A stretch of DNA of 64,000 nucleotides from Eledone cirrhosa (Eukaryota): the NCBI GenBank assembly GCA_964016885.1, contig OZ024745.1, positions 4,712,001 to 4,776,000 of the forward strand. The letters run 5' to 3'. Made by a program: the position numbers and the translations under genes. Positions 1 to 11,519 of the stretch are shown here, in pieces. Under the pieces are notes generated by a model. The model searched no databases, was not told the DNA's origin, and worked only from the letters and a program-made list of their open reading frames with translations. Every line of letters begins with the position of its first letter. Position 1 is the first letter of the stretch.

Positions 1-3000
1 TAGATATAGTATAGTTGTGATAGATATAGTATAGTTGTGATAGATATAGTATGGGAGTGAAAGATATAGTATGAGTGTGAAAAATATAGTATAATTGTGA
101 TAGATATAGTATAGTTGTGATAGATAGTATGGGAGTGATAGATATAGTATGGGTGTGATAGATATAGTATGGGTGTGATAGATATAGTATGGGTGTGATA
201 AATATAGTGTGGGTGTGATAGATATAGTGTGGGTGTGATAGATATAGTGTGGGTGTGATAGATATAGTATAGTTGTGATAGATATAGTATAGTTGTGATA
301 GATCGTATGGGAGTGATAGATATAGTATTGGTGTGATAGATATAGTATTGGTGTGATAGATATAGTACGGGTGTGATAGATATAGTATAGTTGTGATTGA
401 TATAGTATGGGTGTGATAGATATAGTATAGTTTTGATAGATATAGTATGGGAGTGATAGATATAGTATGGGTGTGATAGATATAGTATGGGCGGGTTAGA
501 TATAGTATGGGTGTGATAGATATAGTATGGGTGTGATAGATATAGTATGGGTGTGATAGATATAGTATAGTTGTGATAGATATAGTATGGGTGTAATAGA
601 TATAGTATAGTTGTGATAGATATAGTATAGTTGTGATAGATCGTATGGGAGTGATAGATATAGTATGGGTGTGATAGATATATTGTGGGTGTGATAGATA
701 TAGTATGGGTGTGATAGATATAGTATGGGTGAGATAGATATAGTATAGTTGTGATAGATATAGTATGGGTGTGATAGATATAGTATAGATTTGATAGATA
801 TAGTATGGGAGTGATTGATATAGTATGGGTGTGATAGATATAGTGTGGGTGTGATAGATATAGTATAGTTGTGATAGATATAGTATGGGTGTGATAGATA
901 TAGTATAGTTGCGATATATATATTATAGTTGTGATAGATATAGTATAGGAGTGATAGATATAGTATAGTTGTGATAGATATCGTATGGGTGTGTTAGATA
1001 TAGTATTGGTGTGATAGATATAGTATGGGTGTGATAGATATAGTATAGGAGTGATAGATATAGTATAGTTGTGATAGATATCGTATGGGTGTGTTAGATA
1101 TAGTATTGGTGTGATAGATATAATATGGGTGTGATTGATATAGTATTGTTTTGATAGATATATTATTGGAGTGATAGATATAGTATGGGTGTGAAAGATA
1201 TAGTATGGGTGTGAAAGATATGGTATGTTTGTGATAGATATAGTATGGGTGTGAAAGATATAGTAAGGGTGTGATACATATAGTATGGGTGTGATAGATG
1301 TAGTATAGTTGTGATAGATATAGTATGGATGGGTTAGATATAGTATGGGTGTGATAGATATAGTATAGTTGTGATAGATACAGTATGGGCGTGATATATA
1401 TAGTATGGGTGTGAAAGATATAGTATGGGGATGAAAGATATAGTATGGATGTGATAGATATAATATGGGTGTGAAAGATATAGTATGGCTGTGAAAGATA
1501 TAGTATGGATGTGATAGATATAGTATGGGTCTGAAAGATATAGTATGGGTGTGATAGATATAGTATAGTTGTGATAGATATAGTATGGGAGTGACAGATA
1601 TAGTATAGTTGTGATAGATATAGTATGGGTGTGGTAGATACAGTATAGTTGTGATATATATAGTGTAGTTGTGATAGATATAGTATGGGTGTAATCGATA
1701 TTGTATAGTTGTGATAGATATAGTATAGTTGTGATAGATATAGTATGGGAGTGAAAGATATAGTATGAGTGTAAAAAATATAGTATAGTTGTGATAGATA
1801 TAGTATGGGTGTGATTGATATAGTATGGGTGTGATAGATATAGTATAGTTGTGATAGATATAGTATGGGAGTGATAGATATAGTATGGGTGTCAAAGATA
1901 TAGTATGGGTGTGAAAGATATAGTATGGGAGTGATAGATATAGTATGGGTGTCAAAGATATAGTATGGGTGTGAAAGATATAGTATGGGTGTGATAGATA
2001 TAGTGTGGGTGTGATAGATATAGTATAGTTGTGATAGATTTAGTATAGTTGTGATAGATATAGTATAGTTGTGACAGATATAGTATGGGTGTCAGAGATA
2101 TAGTATAGTTGTGATAGATATAGTATGGGTGTAATAGATATTGTATAGTTGTGATAGATATAGAACGGGAGTGAAAGATATAGTATGAGTGTGAAAAATA
2201 TAGTATAGTTGTGATAGATATAGTATAGATGTGATAGATATAGTATAGTTGTGATAGATCATATGGGAGTGATAGATATAGTATGGGTGTGATAGATATA
2301 GTATGGATGTGATAGATATAGTATAGTTCTGATAGATATAGTATGGGTGTGATAGATATAGTATAGTTTTGATAGATATAGTATGGGAGTGATAGATATA
2401 GTATGGGTGTGATAGATATAGTGTGGGTGTGATAGATATAGTATATTTGTGATAGATATAGTATGGGAGTGATAGATATAGTATAGTTGTGATAGATATC
2501 GTATAGGAGTGAAAGATATAGTGTGGGTGTGATAGATATAGTATGGGTGTGATAGATATAGTATAGTTGTGATAGATATATTATATTTGTGATAGATATA
2601 GTATGGGTGTGATAGATATAGTATAGTTGTGATAGATATCGTATGGGTGTGGTAGATACAGTATGGGTGTGATAGATATAGTATAGTTGTGATAGATATA
2701 GTATGGGTGTGTTAGATATAGTATTGGTGTGATAGATATAGTATGGGTGTGATAGATATAATATGGGTGTGATAGATATAGTATAGTTGTGATAGATATA
2801 GTATTCGAGTGATAGATATAGTATAGTTGTGATAGATAGTATGGGAGTGATAGATATAGTATGGGTGTGATAGATATAGTATGGGTGATAGATATAGTAT
2901 GGGTGTGATAGATATAGTGTGGGTGTGATAGATATAGTGTGGGTGTGATAGATATAGTGTGGGTGTGATAGATATAGTGTGGGTGTGATAGATATAGTAT

Positions 3001-6000
3001 GGGTGTGAAAAATATAGTATAGTTGTGATAGATATAGTATAGTTGTGATAGATCATATGGGAGTGATAGATATAGTATGGGTGTGATAGATATTGTATAG
3101 TTGTGATAGATATAGTATAGTTGTGATAGATATAGTATGGGAGTGAAAGATATAGTATGAGTGTAAAAAATATAGTATAGTTGTGATAGATATAGTATGG
3201 GTGTGATTGATATAGTATGGGTGTGATAGATATAGTATAGTTGTGATAGATATAGTATGGGAGTGATAGATATAGTATAGTTGTGATAGATATCGTATGG
3301 GTGTGTTAGATATAGTATTGGTGTGATAGATATAGTATGGGTGTGATAGATATAGTATGGGTGTGATAGTTATAGTATAGTTGTGATAGATATAGTATGG
3401 GTGTAATAGATATTGTATAGTTGTGATAGATATAGTATAGTTGTGATAGATATAGTACGGGAGTGAAAGATATAGTATGAGTGTGAAAAATATAGTATAG
3501 TTGTGATAGATATAGTATAGTTGTGATAGATAGTATGGGAGTGATAGATATAGTATGGGTGTGATAGATATAGTATGGGTGATAGATATAGTATGGGTGT
3601 GATAGATATAGTGTGGGTGTGATAGATATAGTGTGGGTGTGACAGATATAGTGTGGATGTGATAGATATAGTGTGAGTGTGATAGATATAGTATAGTTGT
3701 GATAGATCATATGGGAGTGATAGATATAGTATGGGTGTGATAGATATAGTATGGGTGTGATAGATATAGTATGGGTGTGATAGATATAGTATAGTTGTGA
3801 TAGATATAGTATGGGTGTGATAGATATAGTATAGTTGTGATAGATATAGTATAGGAGTGATAGATATAGTGTGGGTGTGATAGATATAGTATAGTTTTGA
3901 TAGATATAGTATGGGAGTGATAGATATAGTATGGGTGTGATAGATATAGTGTGGGTGTGATAGATATAGTATATTTGTGATAGATATAGTATGGGAGTGA
4001 TAGATATAGTATAGTTGTGATAGATATCGTATAGGAGTGATAGATATAGTGTGGGTGTGATAGATATAGTATGGGTGTGGTAGATACAGTATAGTTGTGA
4101 TAGATATCGTATAGGAGTGATAGATATAGTGTGGGTGTGATATATATAGTATGGGTGTGATAGATATAGTATAGTTGTGATAGATATAGTATGGGTGTGA
4201 TAGATATAGTATAGTTGTGATAGATATAGTATAGTTGTGATAGATATAGTATGGGAGTGATAGATATAGTATGGTTGTGATAGATATAGTATTGTTGTGA
4301 TAGATATAGTATTGGTGTGATAGATAGTATGGGAGTGATAGATATAGTATAGGTCTGATAGATATAGTATAATTTTGATAGATATAGTATGGGTGTGATA
4401 GATATAGTATGGGTGTGATAGATAGTATGGGAGTGATAGATATAGTATGGGTGTGATAGATATAGTATAGTTGTGATAGATATAGTATTGGAGTGATAGA
4501 TATAGTATAGTTGTGATAGATAGTATGGGAGTGATAGATATAGTATGGGTGTGATAGATATAGTATAGTTGTGATAGATATAGTATGGGTGTGATTGATA
4601 TAGTGTGGGTGTGATAGATATAGTATAGTTGTGATAGATATAGTATAGTTGTGATAGATATAGTATGGGAGTGATAGATATAGTATGGTTGTGATAGATA
4701 TAGTATTGTTGTGATAGATATAGTATAGTTGTGATAGATATAGAATGGGAGTGACAGATATAGTATGGGAGTGAGAGATATAGTATAGTTGTGATAGATA
4801 TAGTATGGGTGTGATAGATATAGTATAGTTGTGATAGATATAGTATAGTTGTGATAGGATATTAGTATGGGAGTGACAGATATAGTATGGGAGTGAGAGA
4901 TATAGTATAGTTGTGATAGATATAGTATGGGTGTGATAGCTATAGCATAGTTGTGATAGATATAGTATGGGTGTGATAGATATAGTATAGTTGTGATAGA
5001 TATAGTATAGTTGTGATAGGATATTAGTATGGGAGTGATAGATATAGTATAGTTGTGATAGACATAGTATGGGAGTGAAAGATATAGTATAGTTGTGATA
5101 GATATAGTATAGTTGTGATAGATAGAGTATAGTTGTGATAGATATAGTATGGTTTTGATAGATATAGTATAGTTGTGATAGATATAGTATGGGTGTGATA
5201 GCTCTAGTATAGTTGTGATAGATATAGTATAGTGTTGATAGATATAGTATAGTTGTGATAGATATAGTATGGGTGTGGTAGATATAGTATTGTTGTGATA
5301 TATATAGTATAGTTGTGATAGATATAGTATGGGAGTGATAGATATAGTATGGGTGTGAAAAATATAGTATAGTTGTGATAGAAATAGTATGGGTGTGATA
5401 GATATAGTATGGGTGTGATAGATAAAGTATAGTTGTGATAGATATAGTATGGGAGAGATAGATATAGTATGGGTGTCAAAGATATAGTATGGGTGTGAAA
5501 GATATAGTATGGGTGTGATACATATAGTATGGGTGTGATAGATATAGTATAGTTGTGATAGATATAGTATGGGTTGGTTAGATATAGTATTGGTGTTATA
5601 GATATAGTATGGGTGTGATAGATATAGTATGGGTGTGATAGATATAGTATAGTTGTGATAGATATAGTATAGTTGTGATAGATATTGTATAGTTTTGACA
5701 GATATAGTATAGTTGTGATAGATAGAGTATAGTTGTGATAGATATAGTATGGTTTTGATAGATATAGTATAGTTGTGACAGATATAGTATGGGTGTGATA
5801 GCTATAGTGTAGTTGTGATAGATATAGTATAGTTGTGATAGATATAGTATAGTGTTGATAGATATAGTATAGTTGTGATAGATATAGTATGGGTGTGGTA
5901 GATATAGTATAGTTGTGATATATATAGTATAGTTGTGATAGATATAGTATGGGTGTATTAGCTATTGTATAGTTGTGATAGATATAGTATAGTTGTGATA

Positions 6001-9000
6001 GATATAGTATGGGAGTGAAAGATATAGTATGAGTGTGAAAAATATAGTATAGTTGTGATAGAAATAGTATGGGTGTGATAGATATAGTATGGGTGTGATA
6101 GATATAGTATAGTTGTGATAGATATAGTATGGGAGAGATAGATATAGTATGGGTGTCAAAGATATAGTATGGGTGTGAAAGATATAGTATGGGTGTGATA
6201 CATATAGTATGGGTGTGATAGATATAGTTGTGATAGATATAGTATGGGTTGGTTAGATATAGTATTGGTGTTATAGATATAGTATGGGTGTGATAGATAT
6301 AGTATGGGTGTGATAGATATAGTATAGTTGTGATAGATATAGTATAGTTGTGACAGATATAGTATGGGTGTGATAGATATAGTATAGTTGTGATAGATAT
6401 AGTATAGTTGTGACAGATATAGTATGGGTGTGATAGATATAGTATAGTTGTGATAGATATAGTATAGTTGTGACAGATATAGTATGGGAGTGAAAGATAT
6501 AGTATGAGTGTGAAAAATATAGTATAATTGTGATAGATATAGTATAGTTGTGATAGATAGTATGGGAGTGATAGATATAGTATAGGTCTGATAGATATAG
6601 TATAATTTTGATAGATATAGTATGGGTGTGATAGATATAGTATGGGTGTGATAGATAGTATGGGAGTGATAGATATAGTATGGGTGTGATAGATATAGTA
6701 TAGTTGTGATAGATATAGTATTGGAGTGATAGATATAGTATAGTTGTGATAGATAGTATGGGAGTGATAGATATAGTATGGGTGTGATAGATATAGTATA
6801 GTTGTGATAGATATAGTATGGGTGTGATTGATATAGTGTGGGTGTGATAGATATAGTATAGTTGTGATAGATATAGTATAGTTGTGATAGATATAGTATG
6901 GGAGTGATAGATATAGTATGGTTGTGATAGATATAGTATTGTTGTGATAGATATAGTATAGTTGTGATAGATATAGAATGGGAGTGACAGATATAGTATG
7001 GGAGTGAGAGATATAGTATAGTTGTGATAGATATAGTATGGGTGTGATAGATATAGTATAGTTGTGATAGATATAGTATAGTTGTGATAGGATATTAGTA
7101 TGGGAGTGACAGATATAGTATGGGAGTGAGAGATATAGTATAGTTGTGATAGATATAGTATGGGTGTGATAGCTATAGCATAGTTGTGATAGATATAGTA
7201 TGGGTGTGATAGATATAGTATAGTTGTGATAGATATAGTATAGTTGTGATAGGATATTAGTATGGGAGTGATAGATATAGTATAGTTGTGATAGACATAG
7301 TATGGGAGTGAAAGATATAGTATAGTTGTGATAGATATAGTATAGTTGTGATAGATAGAGTATAGTTGTGATAGATATAGTATGGTTTTGATAGATATAG
7401 TATAGTTGTGATAGATATAGTATGGGTGTGATAGCTCTAGTATAGTTGTGATAGATATAGTATAGTGTTGATAGATATAGTATAGTTGTGATAGATATAG
7501 TATGGGTGTGGTAGATATAGTATTGTTGTGATATATATAGTATAGTTGTGATAGATATAGTATGGGAGTGATAGATATAGTATGGGTGTGAAAAATATAG
7601 TATAGTTGTGATAGAAATAGTATGGGTGTGATAGATATAGTATGGGTGTGATAGATAAAGTATAGTTGTGATAGATATAGTATGGGAGAGATAGATATAG
7701 TATGGGTGTCAAAGATATAGTATGGGTGTGAAAGATATAGTATGGGTGTGATACATATAGTATGGGTGTGATAGATATAGTATAGTTGTGATAGATATAG
7801 TATGGGTTGGTTAGATATAGTATTGGTGTTATAGATATAGTATGGGTGTGATAGATATAGTATGGGTGTGATAGATATAGTATAGTTGTGATAGATATAG
7901 TATAGTTGTGATAGATATTGTATAGTTTTGACAGATATAGTATAGTTGTGATAGATAGAGTATAGTTGTGATAGATATAGTATGGTTTTGATAGATATAG
8001 TATAGTTGTGACAGATATAGTATGGGTGTGATAGCTATAGTGTAGTTGTGATAGATATAGTATAGTTGTGATAGATATAGTATAGTGTTGATAGATATAG
8101 TATAGTTGTGATAGATATAGTATGGGTGTGGTAGATATAGTATAGTTGTGATATATATAGTATAGTTGTGATAGATATAGTATGGGTGTATTAGCTATTG
8201 TATAGTTGTGATAGATATAGTATAGTTGTGATAGATATAGTATGGGAGTGAAAGATATAGTATGAGTGTGAAAAATATAGTATAGTTGTGATAGAAATAG
8301 TATGGGTGTGATAGATATAGTATGGGTGTGATAGATATAGTATAGTTGTGATAGATATAGTATGGGAGAGATAGATATAGTATGGGTGTCAAAGATATAG
8401 TATGGGTGTGAAAGATATAGTATGGGTGTGATACATATAGTATGGGTGTGATAGATATAGTTGTGATAGATATAGTATGGGTTGGTTAGATATAGTATTG
8501 GTGTTATAGATATAGTATGGGTGTGATAGATATAGTATGGGTGTGATAGATATAGTATAGTTGTGATAGATATAGTATAGTTGTGACAGATATAGTATGG
8601 GTGTGATAGATATAGTATAGTTGTGATAGATATAGTATAGTTGTGACAGATATAGTATGGGTGTGATAGATATAGTATAGTTGTGATAGATATAGTATAG
8701 TTGTGACAGATATAGTATGGGAGTGAAAGATATAGTATGAGTGTGAAAAATATAGTATAATTGTGATAGATATAGTATAGTTGTGATAGATAGTATGGGA
8801 GTGATAGGTATAGTATGGGGTGATAGATATAGTATGGGTGTGATAGATATAGTATGGGTGTGATAGATATAGTGTGGGTGTGATAGATATAGTGTGGGTG
8901 TGATAGATATAGTATGGGTGTGATAGATATAGTGTGGGTGTGATAGATATAGTATGGGAGTGATAGATATAGTATAGTTGTGATAGATATAGTATGGGAG

Positions 9001-9913
9001 TGATAGATATAGTATGGGTGTGATAGATATAGTATGGGTGTGATACATATAGTATGGGTGTGATTGATATAGTGTGGGTGTGATAGATATAGTATAGTTG
9101 TGATAGATATAGTATAGTTGTGATAGATATAGTATGGGAGTGATAGATATAGTATGGGTGTGATAGATATAGTATAGTTGTGATAGATATAGTATGGGAG
9201 TGATAGATATAGTATGGGTGTGATAGATATAGTATGGGAGTGATAGATATAGTATAGTTGTGATAGATATAGTATGGGAGTGATAGATATAGTATGGGAG
9301 TGATAGATATAGTATGGGTGTGATAGATATAGTATAGTTGTGATAGATATAGTATGGGAGTGATAGATATAGTATGGTTGTGATAGATATAGTATGGGTG
9401 TGATAGATATAGTATAGTTGTGATAGATATAGTATAGTTGTGATAGATATAGTATGGTTGCGATAGATATAGTATGGGTGTGATAGATATCGTATAGGAG
9501 TGAAAGATATAGTGTGGGTGTGATAGATATAGTATGGGTGTGGTATATATAGTATAGTTGTGATAGATATAGTATAGTTGTGACAGATATAGTATAGTTG
9601 TGATAGATATAGTATAGTTGTGATAGATATAGTATGGGTGTGATAGATATAGTATAGTTGTGATATATATAGTATAGTTGTGATAGATATAGTATAGTTG
9701 TGATAGATATAGTATAGTTGTGATAGATATAGTATGAGTGTGATAGATATAGTATGGGTGTGATAGATATAGTATAGTTGTGATAGATATAGTATAGTTG
9801 TGACAGATATAGTATAGTTGTGATAGATATAGTATAGTTGTGATAGATATAGTATGGTTGTGACAGATATAGTATAGTTGTGATAGATATAGTATAGTTG
9901 TGATAGATATAGT
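1..9913. repeat. Satellite A: 20-bp tandem array, consensus TGATAGATATAGTAT(AGTTG/GGGTG/GGGAG), roughly 495 units by length, truncated at window start
   Basis: Continuous 20-bp periodicity read directly. The + strand is almost free of C. Occasional 18-bp, 15-bp and 22-bp indel units occur. The array ends abruptly at ...GATATAGT 9913. Confidence 0.99.
4315..8806. repeat. Near-identical 2233-bp tandem duplication inside satellite A
   Basis: The rare variant AGGTCTG is at 4351 and 6584. Identical ORF-track peptides occur at 5204/7437 and 5962/8195. All three offsets are 2233. Boundaries are approximate. Confidence 0.93.
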
Positions 9914-10019
9914 CATCTTAAGGTTTAATAAGATGAGCAGTTGACTGTTAATACCATTGTTATTTGATTCTATCTTTTAGAGTGTTGTGTCTTTTGAACG
10001 TGGCTTAAACGTGTGGATT

Positions 10020-10119
10020 ATGGATCACCATGAACCTCTGCATGCAAGGATGGATGAAGAGTTTGAAAATTTCTTAACTGACATTGAACCATATGTGAAA
10101 AGTCTTAACAATAAAACTG
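10020..10119 (+). CDS. CEP112: CEP112-like (DUF4485) first coding exon, MDHHEPLHARMDEEFENFLTDIEPYVKSLNNKT; the exon probably begins at 9981 with 5'UTR
   Basis: Pyrimidine-rich acceptor TTCTATCTTTTAG ends at 9980, ATG at 10020, consensus donor G|GTGAGT at 10120. The peptide resembles the CEP112 N-terminus as I recall it (LDAEFDHFVVDMKPFVLKLPHRT). Confidence 0.8.
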
Positions 10120-10227
10120 GTGAGTTAATTAGTAGAGTTATCAGGTTGGCTCTGTTTCTTTACATGAAATTCTTCAGCTTTACTCTTTCATTTAACTCAT
10201 CTATATATAATTCTAATTTTGTTTCAG
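10120..10227 (+). other. 108-nt GT-AG spliceosomal intron (phase 1)
   Basis: Runs GTGAGT...TTCTAAT (branch-like)...TTTGTTTCAG. Its length is a multiple of 3 with no stop, so ORF 9987-10304 reads through it. Removing it joins ..NNKT-D-RNNAVVW, colinear with CEP112 ..PHRT-E-RQRCALW. Confidence 0.85.
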
Positions 10228-10291
10228 ATCGGAATAATGCAGTTGTGTGGATTAAAAAGCTCTGTTCACCTGTATCTGGAATTGCATCAAG
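10228..10291 (+). CDS. CEP112: CEP112-like second coding exon, (D)RNNAVVWIKKLCSPVSGIAS
   Basis: Acceptor TTTCAG at 10227 and donor AAG|GTGCGT at 10292. WIKKLC matches the recalled DUF4485 motif WIRKLC. Confidence 0.82.
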
Positions 10292-10328
10292 GTGCGTTGT
10301 TTAACCACACTTTATTATTTGATTTTAG

Positions 10329-10377
10329 TTTAAGAGAAGATGAAGGAATAAGTATCTAACTCTGCTCCTCCATGTAT
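10329..10377 (+). pseudogene. CEP112: Disrupted CEP112-like third exon, RR*RNKYLTLLLHV, apparently interrupted by a LINE
   Basis: The frame starting at 10335 reads AGA AGA TGA AGG AAT AAG TAT CTA ACT CTG CTC CTC CAT GTA, compared with recalled CEP112 RKNRNLYAKLLLHM. TGA lies at 10341-10343. The best acceptor (TTTTAG, 10328) gives a different frame that stops at 10357-10359. Confidence 0.7.
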
Positions 10378-10422
10378 CAGTATTGACGTTGATATTCTTT
10401 CCTCTTGGGTCAGTGAATGTTA

Positions 10423-10437
10423 AATAATAATAATAAT
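10423..10437 (-). repeat. (ATT)5 microsatellite, probable LINE 3' tail
   Basis: AATAATAATAATAAT on +, about 140 nt downstream of the ORF2 stop on the - strand. Confidence 0.65.
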
Positions 10438-11122
10438 GAAATTATTGTGTAAAGTGCTCAGGTTCACTACAACTCATCAAAGGTGCATGTATAGTACATA
10501 GAATAATACACAAATGTCAGGGAAGTGAATAGTGTATGAGTCATGATATACATGTATGTATGTGTATGGAGGGGGAATATTAGGTGTATTGTTGGCGAAT
10601 CTCGGGAAGCATGGAGGTTTTAAAGGATGCAGTGTCTCGACAGCTAACAACTGATGCAGGTAGTTTGTTCCATGCTTCAGCAACTATGAGCGTGAAAACT
10701 GTACTGTTTTTTTGACTTTGTGGGCATGCCCACGTGTGTTAGACACATGGAAATCAAAAAGGTACTCAGGGTTGTTGTTGGCAAGATGGTTAACAATTTT
10801 GTGGGTGTTTACCAAGTCAGTTGCCAGACGTCAGTGCTTCAATGTATCCTTGCCCAGGGAAGCAAGGTGCTCAGAGTATGGTATATGCCTGATGGAGGGT
10901 ATTTGCTTGGTTGCACGTCTCTGAACAGTTTCCAGGCGGTCAATGTTCTGAGCAAGATAGGGGTTCCAGACTAGTGATGCAAATTCTAAGTGTGGCCACA
11001 CCATAGCTATATACAGCTTTAAATAGATAGCTGGAGAGCGGCTGACAAAGGTCTTGCTGAGTGATGCTAAGATACCCTCAGCCCTCTTGACAATTTTAGA
11101 GACGTGCTTCGTCCAACGCAAT
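10423..11122 (-). mobile_element. 5'-truncated, degenerate CR1-group non-LTR retrotransposon (C-terminal end of ORF2 plus 3'UTR); the insertion may extend to 10378
   Basis: Minus-strand translation: LRWTKHV..LYIAMVWPHLEFASLVWNPY..IDRLETVQRRATK..YSEHLASLG.DTLKH*RLATDL..KI..TRGHAHK, then a frameshift/deletion near 10700, then AWNKLPASVV..SFK, with TAA at 10582-10580. These are typical post-RT motifs of CR1-like ORF2. The element ends in an (ATT)n tail. Confidence 0.9.
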
Positions 11123-11129
11123 CATGTAT
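11123..11129 (+). other. Candidate target-site duplication CATGTAT (partner at 10371-10377)
   Basis: The same 7-mer sits where LINE homology ends (11122) and where CEP112 homology breaks (10377). Confidence 0.55.
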
Positions 11130-11346
11130 TGGAGATAGCTCAATCAATTGATCTCTCGCACTGAAAATCTTTTACAATTGCTAAAATACAAGAAATCGTA
11201 GTTTAAGATATGATAAAGGCTATCCTTTCCTGTGTTTACAACTTACAAGTATAGAGACGGCTTCAATTGTGGGCACTTGATGAATAATATGTCTGTGTGA
11301 TGGCAGATGTAGATATTAGCAACCATCACCACCCCCAATGATACAG

Positions 11347-11368
11347 CCCCCCCCCCCCAAAAAAAAAA
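11347..11368 (+). repeat. Compound homopolymer C12A10
   Basis: Read directly. Confidence 0.95.
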
Positions 11369-11519
11369 GATTGTTGGCCTTGTGCTTAAATCAAAAATCA
11401 TTATGATTATGATTGAAAAACTTTCTTATTGTATTTGTAAATACTCTAACGATAATTATAATAATTGTTGCTTGTAACTATCAGTCGAGTTGGAAATCAA
11501 TACCTCTCAGAATACCTCA

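Noticed and set aside
2712-9916. His/Tyr/Thr/Ile-rich minus-strand ORFs up to 470 aa
   Set aside because: The minus strand of satellite A has almost no G, so TAG and TGA are nearly absent. The peptides are just the 20-mer cycling through frames.
9987-10304. Single 105-aa unspliced protein
   Set aside because: The middle 36 codons are an AT-rich GT-AG intron, and homology is colinear only after splicing.
10341-10343. Selenocysteine or alternative genetic code at the TGA
   Set aside because: The aligned residue is not Cys and I saw no SECIS. The LINE insertion nearby makes pseudogenisation the simpler explanation.
10477-10974. ORFs 10477-10683(-), 10712-10924(+) and 10720-10974(+)
   Set aside because: They are off-frame or antisense shadows of the LINE ORF2 remnant.
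11347-11368. C12A10 as a retrocopy tail or functional element
   Set aside because: There is no associated element body or TSD, and such compound homopolymers are common in animal non-coding DNA.
11160-11519. Further CEP112 exon (e.g. ENLLQLLKY at ~11163-11189, or after TATCAG at 11484)
   Set aside because: Similarity is too weak, stops are nearby, and I found no convincing acceptor/donor pair.
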